This document shows positions 57,144 through 64,000 of a stretch of DNA of 64,000 bases, in pieces. The translations under genes were made by a program, and so were the position numbers. The notes below the pieces were generated by a model that was not told the DNA's origin, did not search any database, and saw only the letters and a list, made by a program, of their open reading frames with translations. Each line of letters starts with the position of its first letter. Positions within the stretch are counted from its first letter, which is position 1. The stretch is from a virus: IMG/VR virus record IMGVR_UViG_3300043438_001221. One strand, written 5' to 3'.

Positions 57144-58118
57144 TTAAAATAATTCGTCTTCTTCGTAACATTGGCTATTTTTAGAATACTCAACACTTTT
57201 TGCGTGAAAAAAATCTGTCATATTTGATCCCATCAATTCTTCTTCAAACCACATAGTTTTTTCAATCAACTCTTGGTCTATAGTAAATACTTTTTTAAAT
57301 CCTATTTGTTCAGCACAATCATTTAGGGTGGATTTAACCAATTCTTTTAAAATTGGTGCGGAGAGATTTTCCTCTTCCATACCATTCACAGCCCAATCAA
57401 TGATTTTACTTTCTGATATAAAAGATTGTTCCATTTCATGTGCAATTCTCTCTTCCAATTCTTCATCAAATAGTTCTGGCATTTCTTCCCTGATGGTGTT
57501 AATCAACTTGATTCCGACAAGTGCGTGTATGAGTTCTTCATTTCTCGTGTAACGCACTTGTTGATCGGTATCTTTTAAAACATTTTTAAATCTTCCAAAC
57601 CAATTAATAATATAAAATTGAGAAAATAATGAAACTCTCTCTACGAATAATGTAAAAAGAATCAACGCATAAAGATATTGTTTCTTGGAATCCTTGTAGA
57701 AACGATGGGTATATTTTTTAAGATACTTCACGCGCCCCTGAATCCAATCCAATTTGAGGTTTTCTTCAAATACATCGTTTAGTCCCAACACATCTAACAG
57801 ACGTTCATATGCATTGTTATGGATCACCTCCACGTTAGCCATTACAAATCCCAAATCAGATAGGGATGGGTGGGGAAGGTTATCCCCGAGCTTTGCCCAA
57901 AATGTTTTTACAGCAACCTCAATCTGTCCGATAGCAGATAATGTTCTCACGATGATTTCCCGCTCCTGATCCGTGAGTTGAGTCTTGAACTGATGTAGAT
58001 CACTCTTAAAAGAGAACTCCTTATCAGTCCAAAAGCCATTGTGCATGGCTTCAATGAATTGTTCTGTCCAAGGGTATTTGTTTGGTTTCCTGCTTATCTG
58101 TTCGTCAAAAATGCTCAT
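57144..58118 (-). CDS. nrdB: ribonucleotide reductase class I beta subunit
   Basis: FW...E, EVIHNNAY, ERVSLFSQF, RNEELIH, DFF. Confidence 0.95.
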   Translation of the reverse strand: MSIFDEQISRKPNKYPWTEQFIEAMHNGFWTDKEFSFKSDLHQFKTQLTDQEREIIVRTLSAIGQIEVAVKTFWAKLGDNLPHPSLSDLGFVMANVEVIHNNAYERLLDVLGLNDVFEENLKLDWIQGRVKYLKKYTHRFYKDSKKQYLYALILFTLFVERVSLFSQFYIINWFGRFKNVLKDTDQQVRYTRNEELIHALVGIKLINTIREEMPELFDEELEERIAHEMEQSFISESKIIDWAVNGMEEENLSAPILKELVKSTLNDCAEQIGFKKVFTIDQELIEKTMWFEEELMGSNMTDFFHAKSVEYSKNSQCYEEDELF

Positions 58119-58217
58119 AGTGCCTGATTATTTATCTCTCGTTTTCGCTGATTATCGTTTTGAATTTTGGTTGTTCGCTGTGCTAAATAATGGCACGGAG
58201 ATTCCAAAAATCAAGCT

Positions 58218-58859
58218 TTAAATGATCTCATCAACGATTCCGTATTGTAGGCATTCCTCCGCATTGAGCCAGATGTCCCTCTTCAAAAGCTCGTCCAATT
58301 TTTTCATTGGTAATTTCGTATTCTTTTTATAGAAATCTTTTAAGAGTTTCATCAGGTTGGTGCAATTGAAAATCTCATCCTCCATTTCCGAGAACTTTCC
58401 ATATACACCGGAACTCAATTGATGAATCAGAAGATGGGCATGTTGCCCCATATATCTCTTATGACCAATGGCGGAAACCAAAGTTCCCGCACTTGCTACA
58501 CTCCCATCAATGTGGGTATAGACCTTGGATTTCAACCTACGGATGGTATCCACGGTGGAGAACGCGGCAAATATGCTACCGCCGAAGGTATTCAAATGAA
58601 GATTGATAATCGGATCGTATGCACCATCTAAACCAAGGGCAACACTCTGGAGCTTCAAATCCGTTTCCAAAAGAACCCGATTCAGTTCCAACATCGCCCC
58701 TTCTTCAACATCAGCATAAAATAAAATTTTATTATTGATAACCCGAATACCTTGTGGTGATTGATTTTCCTCATTATCTGAAGAATTGATGATAATTTGA
58801 GGCATTTGAAATGCATTTGTATTTTCTTTCTCTTCTTCATTTCGGTAACGCCACTTCAT
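58218..58859 (-). CDS. clpP: ClpP-like serine protease
   Basis: LHLNTFGGS, GSVASAGT (Ser), LIHQLS (His), RDIWLNAEECLQYGIVDEI. Confidence 0.88.
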   Translation of the reverse strand: MKWRYRNEEEKENTNAFQMPQIIINSSDNEENQSPQGIRVINNKILFYADVEEGAMLELNRVLLETDLKLQSVALGLDGAYDPIINLHLNTFGGSIFAAFSTVDTIRRLKSKVYTHIDGSVASAGTLVSAIGHKRYMGQHAHLLIHQLSSGVYGKFSEMEDEIFNCTNLMKLLKDFYKKNTKLPMKKLDELLKRDIWLNAEECLQYGIVDEII

Positions 58860-58906
58860 GAATAATACTTAACACGGAAATCTGGGTTCGCAAATTAAAT
58901 AAGAAT

Positions 58907-59212
58907 GTGGATAAAGAATTAACAAACATCTATTCCGATATTATTTTGGAATACCAATCGGGTTTCAACCCTCCTCAAAGGGTTCCCAAACAAACGATTC
59001 CCGATGAAGCAGGAACAAAATTATCTTATAATAAGCAGACAATCGGAATGGCACCACCTCTGATGACTACCAATGTCTATGGGGAACAGGAGGAGGAAGC
59101 CGTGGGAATTTTTAAAATTATTCAAGAATTGGAATCGGAATATGTCGGGGATTCTCCGATAAATAATGCCGTGAGATTGGCATTTGGTAAATTAAAGGAA
59201 AAATTGGCATGA
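58907..59212 (+). CDS. putative internal head protein
   Basis: TAAATA-N5-GTG; leader MDKELTNIYSDIILE. Confidence 0.6.
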   Translation: MDKELTNIYSDIILEYQSGFNPPQRVPKQTIPDEAGTKLSYNKQTIGMAPPLMTTNVYGEQEEEAVGIFKIIQELESEYVGDSPINNAVRLAFGKLKEKLA

Positions 59213-59460
59213 ACAAGGATCGGGAAATTTTGGAAGAGATGGTGGGAGAAATCATCGAAGAGATTGCCAAACACGGGAAAACTCGCCGTTTGTTTGAACT
59301 TTTGGACGATGCTGTGAAAAAAGGATTTGTAAAATACGTTGAAAAAAACGGGAAAGTTATGGTGAAATCCCTGAAAGATGATCGCCAATATCTGGCGCAT
59401 TTGGGGGAGGTTGCGGTTGATCCCGTGTCGCGGTTTCTGAAAAAGCTGGGATACGAATAA
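59209..59460 (+). CDS. hypothetical protein
   Basis: ATGA overlap; leader MNKDREILEE. Confidence 0.6.
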   Translation: MNKDREILEEMVGEIIEEIAKHGKTRRLFELLDDAVKKGFVKYVEKNGKVMVKSLKDDRQYLAHLGEVAVDPVSRFLKKLGYE

Positions 59461-60039
59461 TTATCGGTTCACCGCTTCGTGGTGCATGGCATCGTATCCC
59501 CAAAAAGCACCAGCAGAAACCCATCCTTCTTTTGCAAATTCTTCCATAATCTCCAATGGCATGTCGGCTTTCATCGGCCAGCTATCACGGAAAGTATTAT
59601 CATCCGCATCCAAATCAATGGCGGCACCATAGGCATGTAGGGAATAGGACGAACCACCACGTTTCAGGCGGAAATTAAACACCCCGCCATAATCTTCAGC
59701 TTCGTCTTTAATATCTGGATATTTTGGAATTATATTTTTAATATTGTTAAGCACTCTCAACAAAGAATCAGCACATTTTTTATTGACGCGGGTTTTAGTA
59801 ACCAATTTACCATCGTAATACATGGGATATGGGAAGTTGATCATCACAAGATTTGATTCATCTCCAGCTTTTCCGTAAAATTTAGTTAGGGATGCTTGAT
59901 CACTTTTCGGCCATGGGTTATTCTTTGGCATAAGAGAACGCAAATATGTTTTACAAGCGGCTTGTGATTTCGGCCCCCAAAATCCATCAACAGTGGTTCC
60001 GATTTTTTTCTGCATTTTTTTAATTTCATCGCTATTCAT
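59461..60039 (-). CDS. endolysin: M15-family Zn peptidase with short PG-binding-like N-terminus
   Basis: QKKIG..VDGFWGPKS; FNFR...SLHAYGAAIDLD...DAMHHE; TAAGTA-N5-ATG. Confidence 0.85.
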   Translation of the reverse strand: MNSDEIKKMQKKIGTTVDGFWGPKSQAACKTYLRSLMPKNNPWPKSDQASLTKFYGKAGDESNLVMINFPYPMYYDGKLVTKTRVNKKCADSLLRVLNNIKNIIPKYPDIKDEAEDYGGVFNFRLKRGGSSYSLHAYGAAIDLDADDNTFRDSWPMKADMPLEIMEEFAKEGWVSAGAFWGYDAMHHEAVNR

Positions 60040-60047
60040 AAAAATAC

Positions 60048-60455
60048 TTAGTCCAGACCATATTTTTCAAATCTCTTTTTCCAAATTGGGTAAGAACCCA
60101 AAGCAACGGCGGAATAGATTGTCCATCTCATGGGGAGGGAGACTCCCGCCTCTTTCATCAATTCCAAAAACATCCAATTGGATTCCTTCCAAGTGAATTT
60201 ATGATTGAAGGGGGAGAAACACCAATCATGCACCAATGCTGCTGGAAATGCTCCTCCGAATGGTCCAACGATAGGCCAAGCAAATTTTGGGGAACTGATT
60301 CCATCCGTAATGAATCCTTTTTTGACTGTGATTAGATGATTTTTGTAAAAACAGCGAAAGTTATCCCCCAACTCAAATTTTCGAGTCCCTTTATGGATAC
60401 CCAAATCTTTAAGATATATTGTGTCGGGAAAGGTGTTTTTATTAACGGTGGTCAC
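60048..60455 (-). CDS. DUF1353-like protein
   Basis: VKKGFITDGISSP...AALVHDW...F.ELM...GV; TAAATA-N5-GTG. Confidence 0.8.
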   Translation of the reverse strand: MTTVNKNTFPDTIYLKDLGIHKGTRKFELGDNFRCFYKNHLITVKKGFITDGISSPKFAWPIVGPFGGAFPAALVHDWCFSPFNHKFTWKESNWMFLELMKEAGVSLPMRWTIYSAVALGSYPIWKKRFEKYGLD

Positions 60456-60468
60456 AATAATATTTATC

Positions 60469-60496
60469 TTGACATTTGGAAATATTTTATTATACT
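60469..60496 (+). promoter_or_regulatory. sigma70-type promoter TTGACA-16-TATACT, 6 nt before ATG 60503
   Basis: Near-perfect consensus. Confidence 0.8.
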
Positions 60497-60502
60497 AATG
60501 GA

Positions 60503-61138
60503 ATGAAAGCAGAACTTATTTCACACTTTGGGGACGATTTAATGATCGTCAATGCAGCTAGAGTTTCTTTTGGGAAAAATAAAGATATTTTGGATGATAA
60601 AGATGAAAAGCTGATCAAGTATTTAGTGGAGCATAAACACACCGCACCTTTTCGACATCCCCAATTACAATTCAGAATTGAATGTCCTATCTTTGTGGAA
60701 CGACAGCTTTTCAAACATCAGGTAGGGTTATCAGCCAATAGCATTAGTGGAAGATATGTGGATTTCTCCGATAATTATTATCATGTCAAGGAACTTAGAC
60801 AGCAATCGTCTTCATCTAAACAAGGGAGTGATGGGTTGTTGGACAGACCCGATCTGATTGATAAAATGGATGCTCATATTGAATGGGGGAAGAAATTGTA
60901 TGCGGAATTGTGTGATGCTGGAGTCGCCAAAGAACAAGCCAGAGTCATTCTTCCTCTTTGTTTGGAGACACAATTTATCTGGACTGGATCGTTGTTGGCA
61001 TTCATTCATATGTGGAAATTGCGACTGAAAAGCGATACTCAACAAGAAACAAGGGAAATCAGTCAACAAATGCTTGATCTGGTTGAAAACATTGAAGGTA
61101 ATCCGTTTGAGCATACACTGAAAGCTTGGGGATATTGA
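60503..61138 (+). CDS. thyX: flavin-dependent thymidylate synthase ThyX
   Basis: IVNAARVSF, HTAPFRH, PIFVERQLFKHQ...NSISGRY, KEQARVILP, LRL...Q.E. Confidence 0.93.
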   Translation: MKAELISHFGDDLMIVNAARVSFGKNKDILDDKDEKLIKYLVEHKHTAPFRHPQLQFRIECPIFVERQLFKHQVGLSANSISGRYVDFSDNYYHVKELRQQSSSSKQGSDGLLDRPDLIDKMDAHIEWGKKLYAELCDAGVAKEQARVILPLCLETQFIWTGSLLAFIHMWKLRLKSDTQQETREISQQMLDLVENIEGNPFEHTLKAWGY

Positions 61139-61139
61139 T

Positions 61140-61514
61140 ATGAGAACGATAATGGCTGGGAGCCGCGAAGGTATCCATTACGATGATGTGCTTAAAGCCA
61201 TGGAAACATGTCCATGGACACCCATAGAAATCGTATCCGGCAAAGCCCGTGGTGTGGATACCATGGGGGAACAATGGGCAAGGGAGAACGATATCCCGAT
61301 CAAGGAATTTCCAGCTAATTGGAAACGATATGGTATTGTTGCTGGTATCATAAGAAATGAGGAAATGGGTGACTATGCTGATGCTCTCGTAGCTGTATGG
61401 GATGGGGAGTCCAAGGGTAGTAAACACATGATAGATTATGCTAAGAAAAAAGGTTTGAAAATCCACATTCATATTCCAAGAGAAAAGACTAGACTTGAAG
61501 AATTGTTTGAATAA
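61140..61514 (+). CDS. SLOG-family (YspA/DUF2493-like) protein
   Basis: IMAGSR, IVSGKARGVD, FPANW..YG..AG.IRN..M, WDGESKG..HMI. Confidence 0.82.
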   Translation: MRTIMAGSREGIHYDDVLKAMETCPWTPIEIVSGKARGVDTMGEQWARENDIPIKEFPANWKRYGIVAGIIRNEEMGDYADALVAVWDGESKGSKHMIDYAKKKGLKIHIHIPREKTRLEELFE

Positions 61515-61525
61515 GTAATAAAGTT

Positions 61526-61723
61526 ATGATTAAAATTCTGAAAAATAATAGTGTGAAATTGTGCTGCAAGGGTCGTAACTGCCCCATCGTCACCGAGCTT
61601 GCCGATGGAATGGTGGAGATTGTGGATGATAACGGGAACCGTATTGTAGTCCGCAAGGAAGAAGCCCTTCTTATTTCCGATGGGGTGAAAACGATTGATG
61701 CCCAAAAATTGATCCTCGGATGA
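61526..61723 (+). CDS. hypothetical protein
   Basis: LCCKGRNCPIV, IVDDNGN. Confidence 0.6.
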   Translation: MIKILKNNSVKLCCKGRNCPIVTELADGMVEIVDDNGNRIVVRKEEALLISDGVKTIDAQKLILG

Positions 61724-62013
61724 GCCTCTGGTTTCAATCATTCGTTTTGATTGGCTGTTGTTTGATCCTGAAATACGGATCAATCCTTGAGCCTATCCGT
61801 GTCTTTCTCAGACAGTGGGATTTCTTTGAAAAGCTCCTCAAATGCTGCATGTGCATGGGATTTTGGGTTGGGTGTTTCTTCGGATCGGTTTGGTCTGAGC
61901 ATGTTTGGGAGATTCCGCTTTGGGGATTCTATGCATCCGCGATCTGCTGGTTTGCAGATTATCTGACGATGGCACTTGACAAATATCTGGATTATGGTAA
62001 TGTGGGGGAGTGA
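61720..62013 (+). CDS. membrane protein with CxxC-GFW motif (DUF1360-like)
   Basis: LLKCCMCMGFWVG and hydrophobic segments. Confidence 0.6.
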   Translation: MSLWFQSFVLIGCCLILKYGSILEPIRVFLRQWDFFEKLLKCCMCMGFWVGCFFGSVWSEHVWEIPLWGFYASAICWFADYLTMALDKYLDYGNVGE

Positions 62014-62201
62014 AAACAAAGGAAGAACTTCTTGGAGAATGGAAAGATGATCGTAAAGTATCCGACCCATCATATCCAGAACTTTTCAGATGGCGACGGG
62101 CGATCCTAATGGAAGGATACAACACATGTTCCCTGTGGAGAGGTGGTAGTAAAGAAAGGACTCTGTATCAATGGACTCTACCTTTCTCCAAAAGAGAATA
62201 A
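62010..62201 (+). CDS. hypothetical protein
   Basis: GTGA overlap; 63 aa. Confidence 0.45.
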   Translation: MKTKEELLGEWKDDRKVSDPSYPELFRWRRAILMEGYNTCSLWRGGSKERTLYQWTLPFSKRE

Positions 62202-62202
62202 T

Positions 62203-62457
62203 ATGACACTTGAAGAATTATCAAAAAATCTACCCAAAGATTGGTGGGAGAAATTGGAACGTGCTGCCTTTAGAGAGAGGGGTCGTAGGCACTTTTATGA
62301 AAAGAATTACGCTGATAAAATGACATATGATCGTTTCATCTATTTCCAATATTTGGAAAGTGAGATATTATGGGGTCGTTCTTGTGATGAACGAGCAATT
62401 GAATTGTTAAATAAATATGATGAGAACCATCCCACAGAAAGATTTGATAAATCTTGA
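62203..62457 (+). CDS. hypothetical protein
   Basis: Starts MTLEELSK just after the previous stop. Confidence 0.5.
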   Translation: MTLEELSKNLPKDWWEKLERAAFRERGRRHFYEKNYADKMTYDRFIYFQYLESEILWGRSCDERAIELLNKYDENHPTERFDKS

Positions 62458-63244
62458 AAATTTTCTAAAAATAATTTATGAAAAACAAACACAATACACT
62501 CCTGACAGAATCCCATCTGGAGCGGAACAAGGCTATTCTGGAAGAGGTGGAAAGAAACTCAAAGCTGCCACCGCTGTCGCTTACAGAAGCCATGAATCAA
62601 TACGAGATGATTCGATCCCAGAGTTCACAGCGGAGAAAGAATACAAGAAAAAGGTCGCTGGTAGAAATGTAATGGCGAAACGGGTCAAACCCGTGGAAGA
62701 GAAATGGTTGACACATTGGGCCGAGAAAGTTGGTCTGATGATGGATAACAACGAATTTGACAGCAAGTGGAATGAACAGGGTCGAAAAGGGGAAGCGGAA
62801 AACAATGTTTATTTTGATGAGGAATCCCAGAGATGGTTCAAGAGAAATAACTTATCTTACCACACCACCTATTTGGAATTCTTTTACAGACTTGTCTTGC
62901 ACAATGCTTCATTCCCTGAATCGCCGTATAGTCTGGAAGGGTTTGTGATCAATGATGGGGAACTCCAGCCGATCATCTCCCAACCTCATGTCCGTGCCAC
63001 TAAAGGAGCAACGGAAGTGGATGTGGAGGAGTTAATGAATAAATTGGGATACACCAAGATAAAGGGAACCCAGCATGATTATTATAATGCGGAGAAGGGA
63101 ATTCGTGTGGAAGATATGCACGATGAGAATGTGCTGATGGATGACGATGGGAATATCTTCGTGGTTGATCCCGTTATCTATTTGGATGATGAGGGTAAGA
63201 AACACCGGATCACATCCGATCAACCCCTACAACACGAAATATAA
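62417..63244 (+). CDS. protein kinase-like domain of the polyvalent-protein type (Kinase-PolyVal-like)
   Basis: GEAENNVY, WFKRN, RLVLHN..FP...Y.LEGF, SQPHV, EDMHDENVL, VVDP; start uncertain. Confidence 0.72.
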   Translation: MMRTIPQKDLINLENFLKIIYEKQTQYTPDRIPSGAEQGYSGRGGKKLKAATAVAYRSHESIRDDSIPEFTAEKEYKKKVAGRNVMAKRVKPVEEKWLTHWAEKVGLMMDNNEFDSKWNEQGRKGEAENNVYFDEESQRWFKRNNLSYHTTYLEFFYRLVLHNASFPESPYSLEGFVINDGELQPIISQPHVRATKGATEVDVEELMNKLGYTKIKGTQHDYYNAEKGIRVEDMHDENVLMDDDGNIFVVDPVIYLDDEGKKHRITSDQPLQHEI

Positions 63245-63252
63245 ATAATATT

Positions 63253-63477
63253 ATGAAAAAGTTCACAGATTTTTTCGATGACTATCTCAAGAAAGTTGAG
63301 AAATCCGATCAATCAAAATCGGAGATGTCCAAAGGTGAGAAAGTGGAACAAGAGCATGTGACACCATCCAAACGTAAAACCAAATTAGGTAAGAAGTTGG
63401 TTAAAAGAATCGTCGGAAATCATTTGGACGAAGACCCTGTTTATTACTCCAAGTTGGAAAAGATACACAAGGATTAA
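63253..63477 (+). CDS. DUF5661-like small late protein
   Basis: TAAATA-N5-ATG; MKKFTDFF leader; G.KVE.EH...I...HL.EDP.YYSKL. Confidence 0.7.
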   Translation: MKKFTDFFDDYLKKVEKSDQSKSEMSKGEKVEQEHVTPSKRKTKLGKKLVKRIVGNHLDEDPVYYSKLEKIHKD

Positions 63478-64000
63478 CTTCGTCTGTAATAATCATACCA
63501 CACACTTCGGGATAATCCGAAATCCACCAATACGATGGATGGTTGATCATCTCTAAGAACTTCTCCATAGGAATTCACCCGACCAAAATCTCCGGGATAT
63601 TCCATATCATAATCCATAATCAAAGAATTTAAATCTTGGAACCATTCGTTCTCTTGAACCTTTTCTTTTAATTCATCGGATATACTGTGTCCCCACCCTC
63701 TCCTCCCTTGATTTTCCGATTTCCACCATGTCAGGTAATCCTGAACTTCGGTATGGGATAATCCAGTCAATGCTTGGAATCTTTTTGGGGATACTTTATT
63801 AGCCAATTCCATTTCAACCCAGAATGGCCCCTCATCCTTGATCCATTCCGCGACTTCAAACACCTTGGCAACCACCCCATAATTCTGTAGATAGCGATCT
63901 GCCTCCACGCTGTTCTGTCCCAAACCTTTGATGTTTTTGGCAACCTTGAGAACTTTTTCATTATCAACTTGGAATATGACACGGGATGAGCCGGAACCCA
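63474..64000 (-). CDS. Ser/Thr protein kinase-like protein (5' end outside the window)
   Basis: Frame open to the window edge: GSGSSRVIF (Gly loop), VLKVAK (Lys), QN..E, GDFGRVNSYG (catalytic loop), VLVDFGL. Confidence 0.75.
   Translation of the reverse strand, partial: GSGSSRVIFQVDNEKVLKVAKNIKGLGQNSVEADRYLQNYGVVAKVFEVAEWIKDEGPFWVEMELANKVSPKRFQALTGLSHTEVQDYLTWWKSENQGRRGWGHSISDELKEKVQENEWFQDLNSLIMDYDMEYPGDFGRVNSYGEVLRDDQPSIVLVDFGLSRSVWYDYYRRS

Noticed and set aside
55487-61138. nrdA/nrdB, clpP and thyX (and phoH at 20011) as novel auxiliary genes
   Set aside because: Common in large T4-like phages; no intron or intein interruption is evident
1-64000. Stop-codon reassignment, tRNA genes, CRISPR arrays or DGR repeats
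   Set aside because: Core genes are full length in the standard code; no cloverleaf, spacer-repeat array, reverse transcriptase or adenine-specific repeat pair was seen (the ParB-like copies differ mostly at silent sites)

Overview
This window is a 64-kb internal segment of a large T4-like (myovirus-type) dsDNA phage genome in the standard genetic code, with no tRNA, rRNA or CRISPR array seen. The left arm (minus strand) is a replication/recombination block: uvsX, gp43 DNA polymerase, a GT-B glycosyltransferase, gp46 split in two at its zinc hook by a 300-nt insert, gp47, gp55 late sigma, uvsW, uvsY and an N4-C DNA methylase. An AT-rich intergenic strand switch (about 14.07-14.46 kb) carries two tandem promoter plus G-tract units. 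After it come small late proteins with capsid-targeting-like leaders, phoH, a 7-kb glycosyltransferase/methyltransferase operon abutting a 1001-aa fibre-like protein, and head genes (gp4, homing endonuclease, gp21, gp22, gp23). Further right are a methylase/endonuclease pair, gp62, GroES, a DinG-like helicase, gp15, portal gp20 plus an HNH gene bracketed by a duplicated ParB-like gene, a membrane PAS protein, gp13, a two-gene gp5, nrdA/nrdB, ClpP, an M15 endolysin, thyX and two protein-kinase-like genes. The main non-obvious signals are: (i) about 20 late-promoter hexamers exactly 5-6 nt before start codons, implying leaderless mRNAs; (ii) two small proteins that copy different parts of the major capsid N-terminus; (iii) an ArfA-like KGKGSY motif fused to a prohead-core-like protein; (iv) a promoter-plus-leader cassette reused on unrelated cargo genes. 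All family assignments are from motif recognition by eye; no database search was run.
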